This document shows, piece by piece, positions 9,834 to 18,956 of a stretch of DNA of 64,000 nt. A program made the position numbers and the translations under genes. The DNA is taken from contig DATETN010000037.1 in assembly GCA_035283645.1 (NCBI GenBank), positions 40,085 through 104,084 on the forward strand, read 5' to 3'. The first letter of the stretch is position 1. Each line of letters starts with the position of its first letter. The stretch is from Pyrinomonadaceae bacterium (GTDB lineage Bacteria; Acidobacteriota; Blastocatellia; Pyrinomonadales; Pyrinomonadaceae). The notes below the pieces were generated by a model. That model did not search any database. It saw nothing but the letters and a program-made list of their open reading frames with translations, and was not told the DNA's origin.

Positions 9834-11168
9834 ATGGCACTGCGAGAGAGACTAGTCAGAGAGACGATTCACCTGCCCGGTAACGGGAACGGGTTAGACA
9901 ACAACGGCCAGATCTCATTCCAAGAGATGAAGTCTCGGCTTCACCGGGCCCTCATCAACAAGATGGACCTCACCAAGCTGTCCGCTCTAACGCCGGATCA
10001 GGTTCATGCCGAGGTTTCCCGCCTGGCTGAAAACGTCCTGGCCCAGGAGGCATTGCCGCTTTCTGCGTCAGAACGGGATCGTTTGGTTAATGAGGTCCAG
10101 CATGAGCTGTTTGGTTTAGGGCCACTCGAGCCTTTACTTGCTGACGGAACCATTTCTGACATCCTCGTGAACGCGCACGGAAAAATCTATATCGAGCGGG
10201 GAGGCAAGCTTGAGCTAACGAGCGTTGCTTTCAAGGACGACGAGCACTTGATGCGGGTAATCGAACGAATTGTTTCGTCGGTTGGCCGTCGTATTGACGA
10301 GTCATCGCCAATGGTTGATGCCCGCTTACGAGATGGCTCACGCGTGAATGCCATCATTCCGCCTCTTTCACTCGATGGACCAGTGCTTTCCATCCGGCGC
10401 TTCGGTACCGAGCCACTCCGGATGAACATGCTCATTGAGAACAAGGCGCTGACGCGTGATATTGCTGACATGCTGGAGATGTGTGTCAGCGCGCGACTGA
10501 ACGTCCTGATCTCTGGTGGTACCGGCGCTGGTAAAACCACGTTACTGAATGCCCTCTCGGCGTACATCCCGGAAAACGAGCGAATCGTCACCATTGAAGA
10601 CTCGGCCGAGTTGCAGTTGCAACAGCCGCATGTCGTGAGACTTGAAACACGACCACCGAACGTCGAGGGCCGCGGCGAAGTTACCCAAAGAGATCTCGTA
10701 CGCAATGCACTGCGTATGCGACCTGACCGGATCGTGATCGGTGAGGTTCGTGGTGGTGAAGCAATCGACATGTTACAGGCCATGAACACAGGCCACGACG
10801 GCAGCTTGACAACCATTCACGCCAACACGCCGCGTGATTCGCTGGCCCGTTTGGAAACGATGATTCAGATGACCGGTATGCGTCTGTCGGATCGTGCAAT
10901 GCGCCAGCAAATTGCGGCCGCGATCAATCTCGTCCTTCAGGTTGCCAGACATTCCGACGGTTCACGTCGCGTTACTTCCATCTCGGAAATCACCGGCATG
11001 GAGGGTGAAACGATCACTATGCAGGAGATCTTCCAGTATGAACGCTCCGGCATGGACTCGCAGGGTCAGGTGATTGGAAGGTTCCGCGCAACAGGTATTC
11101 GGCCTCGGTTTGCCGAGAAACTAAAAGCCTACGGGTTGCAATTGCCCCGGATGTTCTTCGAGGAGTAA
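9834..11168 (+). CDS. cpaF: CpaF/TadA secretion ATPase
   Basis: Walker [16 protein letters not shown]; [11 protein letters not shown]; [11 protein letters not shown]. Confidence 0.95.
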   Translation: MALRERLVRETIHLPGNGNGLDNNGQISFQEMKSRLHRALINKMDLTKLSALTPDQVHAEVSRLAENVLAQEALPLSASERDRLVNEVQHELFGLGPLEPLLADGTISDILVNAHGKIYIERGGKLELTSVAFKDDEHLMRVIERIVSSVGRRIDESSPMVDARLRDGSRVNAIIPPLSLDGPVLSIRRFGTEPLRMNMLIENKALTRDIADMLEMCVSARLNVLISGGTGAGKTTLLNALSAYIPENERIVTIEDSAELQLQQPHVVRLETRPPNVEGRGEVTQRDLVRNALRMRPDRIVIGEVRGGEAIDMLQAMNTGHDGSLTTIHANTPRDSLARLETMIQMTGMRLSDRAMRQQIAAAINLVLQVARHSDGSRRVTSISEITGMEGETITMQEIFQYERSGMDSQGQVIGRFRATGIRPRFAEKLKAYGLQLPRMFFEE

Positions 11169-11172
11169 GTCG

Positions 11173-12138
11173 ATGCTCATCTCCTTTCTCGTTTTCGTTT
11201 TTTGCTTGTTCCTCGTCTTGGGCGCCTATCTGCTGGCAACCCGTGGAACAGATGAAAAACGTCGCCGGCTGCAACAACGACTGACCGATGCACTGATGCT
11301 CTCAGCGCACACGGAAGATGTGGAAGTCATTCTCGCTCGCAACGAACTGATGAGCGAGATACCCTGGTTGAACCGCTCTCTGGTTCGGCTTCAGGCGGCC
11401 CTTCACATCAAGCGAATGTTGGATCAGGCGGACCTTCACATCACCCCCTCCCGACTCGCGATGTTCTCCGGCATGGCTGGCATCCTCGCAGCGCTGGCGG
11501 TTTCAGTTCTTACGCCCTCGTTGCTGGTCACGTTCGTTGCTGGGTTCGGGGCCGCTGCCTTACCGTTCGTGCACGTTTGGTGGAAACGAAAGAAGCGCTT
11601 TGATGCTTTTCTCGAACATCTTCCTGATGCCCTGGATCTGATGAGTCGAGCACTTTCTGCCGGTCATGCATTCGCAGAATCACTTCACATGGTTTCGCAG
11701 GAAATGCCTGAGCCAATTGCAACTGAGTTCCGCAAGACGTACGAAGAGCAGAACCTCGGTCTGTCGCTCAAGCTGGCATTGGAGAATTTGACCGAACGAA
11801 TGCCACTTTTGGATCTGCGCCTGTGCGTTACAGCCATCCTAATTCAACGTGAGACTGGCGGAAACCTGGCTGAGATCCTGGAGAAGGTGGCTTACACGAT
11901 TCGGGAGCGCTTTCGCATTATGGGAGATTTGAAAACGCTGACGACCAGCTCGCGCATGTCTGCCTGGTTGCTCTGCGGTTTGCCGATCTTCGTGACGTTC
12001 ATGATCACGGGAATGAACCCTGAATACATGAGTGTTCTGTGGACCGATCCGCGCGGGCATTATTTGATTGCTGCAGCGCTGTTCTTACAGGTTACAGGGA
12101 TGCTCATTGTGAGAAAGATTCTGAGGATCAAGATTTAA
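11173..12138 (+). CDS. tadB: TadB (type II secretion F-family membrane protein)
   Basis: Polytopic membrane protein with a T2SF-like core; operon position. Confidence 0.9.
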   Translation: MLISFLVFVFCLFLVLGAYLLATRGTDEKRRRLQQRLTDALMLSAHTEDVEVILARNELMSEIPWLNRSLVRLQAALHIKRMLDQADLHITPSRLAMFSGMAGILAALAVSVLTPSLLVTFVAGFGAAALPFVHVWWKRKKRFDAFLEHLPDALDLMSRALSAGHAFAESLHMVSQEMPEPIATEFRKTYEEQNLGLSLKLALENLTERMPLLDLRLCVTAILIQRETGGNLAEILEKVAYTIRERFRIMGDLKTLTTSSRMSAWLLCGLPIFVTFMITGMNPEYMSVLWTDPRGHYLIAAALFLQVTGMLIVRKILRIKI

Positions 12139-12171
12139 TTTGTCTCAACCCCTAATCCGGACACGGTAGCC

Positions 12172-13101
12172 ATGATTCTGATAATCGGCCTTTCCACATT
12201 TGTTTGTATCTCGCTCGCGATGATGGGTGTTTACTGGCTCTTCTATCGCCCGCAAAGTGCAGCGACCGAGCGCTTGAAACGGTTGGGTAACCAGGGAACC
12301 GTAACGAGCGCACCTTCAGCTCTACTTGAGGAGACGCGCGGAGGCGAGCTGGCTGAACGTTTGGCTTCACCGCTGAACAGACTGTTGCCTCCATCAGCGG
12401 CCGAGGCAAAGAAACTCCAGAAGATGTTAATGCAAGCGGGTCATCGCTCGCATTCTGCTCCAGCGGTGTACCGCGCGATCCAGCTGTGCACGATGGCTGG
12501 ATTTCCAGCGGCAGTTGCGCTGGGGTCCGCGCTTCTTGCTCGACCACTGAGCAGCACAATCCTCTGGATTCTGGCGGCATTTTGCGTTGGCTTCATGTTG
12601 CCGCGCTATATGCTCAATCGAATGATCCGCAACCGCCAGCAGTTAGTGCGATGGGGCCTGGCCGATGCCCTGGACCTGATGGTGATCTCAATCGAAGCTG
12701 GTCTGGGTCTCAACGCTGCAATGATGAGAGTTAGCAGTGAGTTGAAAGAGGTTCACCCGGACATCAGCGACGAGTTCGAACTTGCAAACCTCGAAATTCG
12801 TGTAGGTCGTGAACGTGATGAAGCTCTCCGGAACCTTGCAGAGCGAACCGGAGTAGACGACTTGCGCAGTCTCGTAGCGATGCTGATTCAAACTGACCGC
12901 TTTGGAACCTCCGTCGCGCGTGCCATCAGAGCGTTTTCAGATTCACTGCGCACCAAGCGACGACAACGTGCAGAGCAGGCAGCGCAAAGGGCTGCGGTGA
13001 AGCTGCTCTTCCCACTTGCCTGTTTTCTTTTCCCGACACTATTCATCGCAATTCTTGGCCCAGCAGCCCTCCAATTGATCGACACGTTCGGCAAAATGTA
13101 A
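12172..13101 (+). CDS. tadC: TadC (type II secretion F-family membrane protein)
   Basis: Paralogous to the preceding gene; LMVISIEAGLGLNAAM. Confidence 0.9.
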   Translation: MILIIGLSTFVCISLAMMGVYWLFYRPQSAATERLKRLGNQGTVTSAPSALLEETRGGELAERLASPLNRLLPPSAAEAKKLQKMLMQAGHRSHSAPAVYRAIQLCTMAGFPAAVALGSALLARPLSSTILWILAAFCVGFMLPRYMLNRMIRNRQQLVRWGLADALDLMVISIEAGLGLNAAMMRVSSELKEVHPDISDEFELANLEIRVGRERDEALRNLAERTGVDDLRSLVAMLIQTDRFGTSVARAIRAFSDSLRTKRRQRAEQAAQRAAVKLLFPLACFLFPTLFIAILGPAALQLIDTFGKM

Positions 13102-13112
13102 GGAGTTCAGTC

Positions 13113-14099
13113 ATGGGTAAACGAAGATTGCTCGCTTTCTTTATAACCATTGTAGTCACAGCTGGAGTCTCCGCCATGTGGAGTGCCGCGACGCTTGAGC
13201 GCGATGGTGACGTCGATGCAAATGTTCTGGAAGACTCTGGTTCACTCGCAGGAACCGAAACCGAAGAAGAAGCCACGGTCGGAGAGAAGAAGAAAGGCGG
13301 CAACAAGGTTGTACGCGTTTTGGCCGCACCCTTTAAGGCATTCGGCAGGCTGTTTGGGGGCAGGGATAAACGGTTTGAGCGGATGACCGAAAAGGACGCC
13401 GAAAAGTTCGAAAGCGTTGGTGTTGCGAAAGTGGTTGATGGCCGCAGCAGTGAGGAACAGAAACTCGACGCCAAGGCTTCTGCGCAGGAACACCTCGAGG
13501 CCGGGCGACAACATCTCGCGAACGGCCGTCTGAACGAAGCCATCTTTGAGCTGTCTGCCGCGACATCACTCGATAAGAAACTGGCCGAGGCTCATAACCT
13601 GCTGGGCGTCGCCTTTGCCCAGAAGGGTCTGCAAGATCGGGCGAAGGATTCTTACGAGCGCGCAGTTAAGGCCGAGCCTAAAGATGCGCAGACACTGAAT
13701 AACCTTGGCTTCTCCCTTTATCAGAGTGGCAATTATCGAGCGGCCGTTGATCGTTTGAAGCGAGCTGCCAAACTGGCGCCCCACGATGAGCGGATACTAA
13801 ACAACCTCGGACTCGCCCTCTGCAGGCTGGGTAAATTCGATGATGCCTTCAAGCATTTCGCCCGTGCCGGGGGTGCGGTGACCGGATACCTGAACACGGG
13901 ACGCATGCTTGAGAGATTCGGACGCGAAGATGACGCCATCAAGTATTACGAGGGCGCGCGTCAGATTAATCCGAACAACACGATTGCGTTGCGCAGACTG
14001 GCGGATCTTTACAAGAGGGTAGGTCGGTACGATGAATCTCAGGCCGCGTCGAACGCGCTCGCACAGTCGTCAGTAGCGGGAACAGTCAGCGGAAAATAG
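13113..14099 (+). CDS. TPR-repeat protein (TadD-like position)
   Basis: N-terminal TM segment; several TPR units (AHNLLGVAFAQKGLQDRAKDSYERAVKAEPKDAQTLNNLG...). Confidence 0.75.
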   Translation: MGKRRLLAFFITIVVTAGVSAMWSAATLERDGDVDANVLEDSGSLAGTETEEEATVGEKKKGGNKVVRVLAAPFKAFGRLFGGRDKRFERMTEKDAEKFESVGVAKVVDGRSSEEQKLDAKASAQEHLEAGRQHLANGRLNEAIFELSAATSLDKKLAEAHNLLGVAFAQKGLQDRAKDSYERAVKAEPKDAQTLNNLGFSLYQSGNYRAAVDRLKRAAKLAPHDERILNNLGLALCRLGKFDDAFKHFARAGGAVTGYLNTGRMLERFGREDDAIKYYEGARQINPNNTIALRRLADLYKRVGRYDESQAASNALAQSSVAGTVSGK

Positions 14100-14114
14100 A
14101 GAAGGAAGAACGCG

Positions 14115-15461
14115 ATGTCGCAAACAACCATACTCACTCGCGCTGAAGTAGAGGCAATGGGCCCGCCGGTTCCCGAGGAATTGGCAGAGGTTGGCGTTGC
14201 AGAGGGATTCCTTTGCGATCTAGCACTAAAACACGTTGCGATGTTGCCAGAGCCGACAACAACCGCCGTGGCCGAGCAGATCCACTTGCCGCGAACGCTG
14301 ACTGAGGACCTTTTGCAAAAGCTCTACCGCGAGAAATTGATCGAGGTAAAGCTAAAGACCACGGAAGGCTTTACTCGTTACGCGATGCTGGACCACGGTT
14401 GGGACCGGCTTGTTCGCCTGTTGACCCTTTCGGGTTACACCGGGCCGGCGCCAGTTTCGTTGCGCGACTACACGCACATGATGCGCTTGCAGTCGATCCC
14501 TACTGAACCTGCGTCAATGGATATCGTTCGTGCTTCTTTCCACGATCTGATTCTTCCTGAATCCCTGCTTCAGACTCTCGGTTGCGTAATCAACTCGAGA
14601 CGTTCGCTATTTCTAACCGGACTGCCAGGCACCGGTAAGACAGCCGTTGCTGAGCGCATAAATGGTGCATTGGCGGGTGGTATCTGGATCCCGTATGCGG
14701 TGGAGATAGATGGACATATCATTCGCGTATTCGACGGTCACTGTCATCGAACGATGTCGGACGAGGACACGCCGCGCGAATACGACCGTCGCTGGGTATT
14801 CATTCAACGGCCCCTGGTGGTGGTTGGGGGCGAGCTGACGCTGGAGAATGCAGATTTAACATGGAGCGAATCGGCAAAGTTCTACGAAGCGCCCTTCCAG
14901 ATGAAATCCAACGGCGGAACTCTGGTGATCGACGACTTTGGCCGGCAGAGAGTCGCACCGCAGGACCTGCTTAACCGCTGGATCGTTCCCTTAGAGCGTC
15001 GCGTAGACTACCTGGCGTTGCATACGGGCAAGAAGATCGAAGTGCCCTTTGAGCAGCTTGTCGTCTTCTCGACCAACCTCGATGAGAAGGACCTCGCGGA
15101 TCAGGCGTTCCTCCGTCGCATGGGGTATCGCGCTCGCGTGGAACCTCCCACGCCCGGAGCTTACAGTGAGATTTTCAAACGTGTCGCTTACACGCGTGGC
15201 ATCGAGTGCAATCAACGCGTGCTGGACCACGTCATCAGCAAGTACCGGATTGAGCGGCGCCAGATGAAGGGTTGCGAACCCCGTGACCTGGTGGACCGCA
15301 TCACAGATATCTGCCTGTTTGAAGGACAACCACTGAAACTTACTCCCGAAGTCGTGGACATTGCCTGGAAGAACTACTTTGGCACGTCGCACTCGTTCGC
15401 ACCGGTGCAAACACAAGAGACGATGATCGAGCGAACGTTGGCAGATCCACTTCAGCTTTAG
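14115..15461 (+). CDS. AAA+ ATPase of unknown role, co-oriented with the tad operon
   Basis: Walker A GLPGTGKT, Walker B TLVIDDFG, VVFSTNL, FLRRMGYR; starts 15 nt after the TPR gene stop. Confidence 0.8.
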   Translation: MSQTTILTRAEVEAMGPPVPEELAEVGVAEGFLCDLALKHVAMLPEPTTTAVAEQIHLPRTLTEDLLQKLYREKLIEVKLKTTEGFTRYAMLDHGWDRLVRLLTLSGYTGPAPVSLRDYTHMMRLQSIPTEPASMDIVRASFHDLILPESLLQTLGCVINSRRSLFLTGLPGTGKTAVAERINGALAGGIWIPYAVEIDGHIIRVFDGHCHRTMSDEDTPREYDRRWVFIQRPLVVVGGELTLENADLTWSESAKFYEAPFQMKSNGGTLVIDDFGRQRVAPQDLLNRWIVPLERRVDYLALHTGKKIEVPFEQLVVFSTNLDEKDLADQAFLRRMGYRARVEPPTPGAYSEIFKRVAYTRGIECNQRVLDHVISKYRIERRQMKGCEPRDLVDRITDICLFEGQPLKLTPEVVDIAWKNYFGTSHSFAPVQTQETMIERTLADPLQL

Positions 15462-15520
15462 GAAGCGGACTTCATCGGAAGCGCAGGCGGACGCGCTTGC
15501 ATCGCTCCAGGGAAATTCAA

Positions 15521-16486
15521 ATGGCGGTCCCTTCAACCAAACTTCATCTTCTACTCATTGTCCTTCTCGTCGTGCTGCTTGCACCAGACGCCGTTCTGGG
15601 TCAAAAGCGTCGTAAGCGCAAGCCAGCTCAGGCTCCTCCAGTTGAGTCCACAATTCCGGAGGGAGAAACCCGCTTGAAGCTGGCGGATGGGACTTACCTT
15701 CGCGTAGACGAAGCGTGGGAGTCCCCGCAGGGCATCTGGTACCGACTGGGCGGAATGACTCATCTGGCGAATCGTGACCGCGTCAAGTCAATTCACCGGG
15801 GAACAGCCACGAAACAGGAGGTCCAGTCAGAGGTTGCAGCAGCCGTTGAGGATTCTCCAGCGCCCGAAACTAACGAGAAGGAACAGCCGGTCTGGATATA
15901 CCTGAAAGGTGGGGCTCGGGTCGAAGCTGATAATGCTAACGAGACGCAAGCCGGTGTTTGGTATAACCGGGGCCCAATGTCGATCTTTATCGAGCGAAGT
16001 CGTATCGACCGCATTGAACGCGAAGATCCCAACTCAGCCGTTGCAAAGGAGCGCGGCTGGAGCACGGGCAGACCAAAACTCGATGCATTGATCCGTCAGA
16101 ATGGCTCCAGGTACGGTGTGGATCCGTACCTGATCTTCCTGGTCATGGAGCAGGAGTCGCATTTCAATACCCACGCTGTTTCGCCTAAGGGTGCCCGCGG
16201 TTTGATGCAGTTGATGCCCGGTACAAGCGCGCGCTTTGGGGTACGCCGTCCGCATGATCCGGCCCAGAACATTTCCGCCGGAACCCGTTATATAAAGCAG
16301 CTATTGACGCAGTTCAAAGGTCGCGTGGACCTGGCGCTGGCAAGTTACAACGCGGGTGAAGGCACGGTAATCAGGTTTGGTCACAGAGTGCCGCCTTATA
16401 AAGAGACTCGCAACTACGTCAGAAGAATTAGCTTCCGTTATCGGAAAAAGTCGCCAGCCCCTCAAAAGGACGTTGGAGGAAGATGA
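15521..16486 (+). CDS. lytic transglycosylase (SLT domain) with signal peptide
   Basis: EQESHFNTHAVSPKGARGLMQLMPGT ... SYNAGEG; track ORF starts at 15497, the ATG at 15521 is preferred. Confidence 0.85.
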   Translation: MAVPSTKLHLLLIVLLVVLLAPDAVLGQKRRKRKPAQAPPVESTIPEGETRLKLADGTYLRVDEAWESPQGIWYRLGGMTHLANRDRVKSIHRGTATKQEVQSEVAAAVEDSPAPETNEKEQPVWIYLKGGARVEADNANETQAGVWYNRGPMSIFIERSRIDRIEREDPNSAVAKERGWSTGRPKLDALIRQNGSRYGVDPYLIFLVMEQESHFNTHAVSPKGARGLMQLMPGTSARFGVRRPHDPAQNISAGTRYIKQLLTQFKGRVDLALASYNAGEGTVIRFGHRVPPYKETRNYVRRISFRYRKKSPAPQKDVGGR

Positions 16487-17202
16487 TGGGCATGCCACGA
16501 AAGATCCTTCCCTTGTTGTTCGTTTGTCTTGCTCTGTCTGGTGCAACTGTGAGCGCCCAACGGCGCGCCGCCGATGGGCCACTCACAAATTCGGAAGTTG
16601 TGAGGTTAGTCCGGGCAGGATTTCGCGAGAAGACAGTGATCGCCATCATTCAGAGGCAGCCGAACAAATTCGAACTCCAGCCAGACCGGCTAATTGAGTT
16701 GAAGCGCCAGGGAGTCAGCGAAAACATAATTCTCACCATGCTGGCAGTTGGCACTGTCGAGGTTCAGGTTGATAGTAGCTGGAGCGATGCAGATTTTCTT
16801 GAGGAGAGTCGCAGTCTATCTCGTCCGCGTTCCTTGAGAAACAGCACAGACATTTTCGGGTCTGGCAGCGGTTCTAACAGTCAGACGAAGGGTCGAGGTT
16901 ACAACGAATCCGGTCAATCAGACACGCGTACTACCGGCTCGGCAACCGTTCGCATCATTCGCCCGCCTGCTGAAGCTGGGAGTGAATCCGTAAAGCTGGA
17001 AAAAACGCCCACGCTGACAAATGAGGGTGTAGTGAAACTCGTAGAGGCTGGCTTCTCTGAAGGGACTATCATAAAGCGGATAGAGGACTCACCGGTTGAG
17101 TTTGACCTCTCAGAAGCAAAACTCAGCGAGTTGCGGAAGCGTCGTGTGACGGAGCCGATCATTGCAGCTATGCACGCAGCGATGGACGCCCCCGTTAAAT
17201 AA
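16483..17202 (+). CDS. secreted protein with an internally duplicated ~55-aa domain
   Basis: Signal peptide; LTNSEVVRLVRAGFREKTVIAIIQ...LIELKRQGVSENIILTML repeats as LTNEGVVKLVEAGFSEGTIIKRIE...LSELRKRRVTEPIIAAMH; ATGA overlap with the upstream stop. Confidence 0.6.
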   Translation: MMGMPRKILPLLFVCLALSGATVSAQRRAADGPLTNSEVVRLVRAGFREKTVIAIIQRQPNKFELQPDRLIELKRQGVSENIILTMLAVGTVEVQVDSSWSDADFLEESRSLSRPRSLRNSTDIFGSGSGSNSQTKGRGYNESGQSDTRTTGSATVRIIRPPAEAGSESVKLEKTPTLTNEGVVKLVEAGFSEGTIIKRIEDSPVEFDLSEAKLSELRKRRVTEPIIAAMHAAMDAPVK

Positions 17203-17276
17203 GTCTTAGCCTATCGTTTTTGTTGAGTCAGGAACTTTAAGCGTGTTGAGACTGCTCGCACCACGCATTTTCGATC

Positions 17277-18347
17277 GTGATGACTCCTTGTTCCAGATCA
17301 AGCGCCGCTAAGCTTTTGCTGTTCTTTCTCCTTCTCATCACGGCCGCGTCGGTTCTTTCAACAAGTTCAGCTCAAAATCCGAAGACCTCACAGTCTCCAT
17401 CGCCGTCCCCATCTCCTGAAGAAGAGATCGATCCGGCTGACGTAATCTCGGTCAACACGGCAGAAGTTCTACTACCGGTGACTGTTCGCGACACATCCGG
17501 ACAGATCGTAAAGGGCCTTACGCGAGCTGACTTTCGTGTCTTTGAAGATGGCGCTGAACAACCACTGAGCGAGCTTAGCTTGCGAGAGGTCCCAGTCGAC
17601 GTGGCGTTACTGGTCGATGCGTCATCATCGGTTGCGGACAACCTTGACGATTTTCGCCAGGCGGTTGAGGGCTTTGCGACCCACCTGAATAGCGAAGACC
17701 GGATCAGTCTTATTCAGTTCGACGATCGTGTGCTGTTGCTGCAGGATTGGACCAGCAGCAAGGTGCAGCTACGGCGGGCGTTGAGACGTTTGGCGCCCGG
17801 TATGTTCACGCGATTTCATGATGCCATGCTGCTGGCCACACGTGAGCAGCTCCCGCGCGGCAGTGCTCGACATGCACTCATTGTTTTAACCGACGGCATT
17901 GACAGTGGTCGTGGCGCGACATTCGATACTGCGTTGCGCTCTGCCCTGCACGCGCAAACAACGGTGTACGTCGTCGCCAATACGCAAATTGAAAGAGCGA
18001 AGAAGCAGTCAGAGTTGTCTGACCTGCTTTCCGGTACTGACAGTCGCTTGAAGTTCAACCAGCTGCGGATTGAGGATCTGCGCATGGGATTGGCAGCACT
18101 GGATGCAAGCGAAAGCAATCTGGATGAGTTGACGACGGCGACTGGCGGGCGTCTTTATCGTCCGAACTCATTCGGAGAACTTGAACGAACGTACGCCGAA
18201 GTTGCGGATGAGCTGCGTCATCAGTATGCACTCTACTTCTCGCCTTTAAATAGGGAGCGCGACGGTCGTTTTCGGCGAGTCCGGGTTGAGACTTCGAACC
18301 CCGCGTTCAGGGTCTCTGCGCGCATCGGCTACTTCGGTCCCAGATAG
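17277..18347 (+). CDS. VWA-domain protein (acidobacterial VWFA-related type)
   Basis: Signal peptide; MIDAS VDVALLVDASSSV; C-terminal LRHQYALYFSP...RVRV...R.GYF motif as recalled for TIGR03436. Confidence 0.8.
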   Translation: MMTPCSRSSAAKLLLFFLLLITAASVLSTSSAQNPKTSQSPSPSPSPEEEIDPADVISVNTAEVLLPVTVRDTSGQIVKGLTRADFRVFEDGAEQPLSELSLREVPVDVALLVDASSSVADNLDDFRQAVEGFATHLNSEDRISLIQFDDRVLLLQDWTSSKVQLRRALRRLAPGMFTRFHDAMLLATREQLPRGSARHALIVLTDGIDSGRGATFDTALRSALHAQTTVYVVANTQIERAKKQSELSDLLSGTDSRLKFNQLRIEDLRMGLAALDASESNLDELTTATGGRLYRPNSFGELERTYAEVADELRHQYALYFSPLNRERDGRFRRVRVETSNPAFRVSARIGYFGPR

Positions 18348-18361
18348 GAACCAAAACAAAA

Positions 18362-18700
18362 CCACGGCAGTGGGTAGTGCCTTTCAGATCCTGATCCTAC
18401 CCACGGCAGTGGGTAGTGCTTTCAGATCCTGCCTACCACAGAAAGCGCCCTCCCTTTTTCGTTTTCAGTCTGACAACTCATCAGCGAGTGGTGGTCAGGA
18501 CTTCTCACCGTTTCAGTAATCACCCGTATTCCTGCTGCGGTTCTGAGTAGGTAACATTGAAAACAAAAGGGGGGTGGGTCGCATCTCCGGTAGGCAGGAT
18601 CTAAAAGAGACTACCCACTGCCGTGGGTAGGATCTTGCCGTGGGTACGATCCTGTCGTGGGCCGGATCTAAAGGCACTACCCACTGCCCTGGGTAGGATC
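18362..18700. repeat. MITE-like element: long imperfect terminal inverted repeats containing nested CTACCCAC-TGCC-GTGGGTAG palindromes around a ~150-bp core
   Basis: Left arm 18362-18440 is the reverse complement of right arm ~18590-18700; at least four copies of the 20-nt palindrome. Confidence 0.7.
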
Positions 18701-18956
18701 TTGAACTTCGTGGCACTGGAAATTTTGCTACATCTGCCCGCCAACAAGTCTTGCCGTGCTATTCTGACACAATTAGTAAGGGGCTAAATTTACACACGGG
18801 GAATGAAAGAAAAGCCCTAAATGTCCTTTTTGCAGTATTTAGGGGCTGTGACATTTGGCGGCACAGTCATTGCAAACGGCCGGCGTAATCCCGGGCATCT
18901 GTGTGCCATCCCCAGCCCGGATCAAGCTCAAAATCGACCGAGAGGATACGACTTGA

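Noticed and set aside
10187-10816. Long antisense ORFs inside well-supported genes (10187..10816, 13043..13543, 6953..7468, 38768..39397, 39575..40111, 59083..59604, 22595..23140, 14991..15536)
   Set aside because: They lie opposite or out of frame to CDSs with strong family motifs, have skewed Arg/Ser/Pro-rich composition typical of off-frame translation, and match no family.
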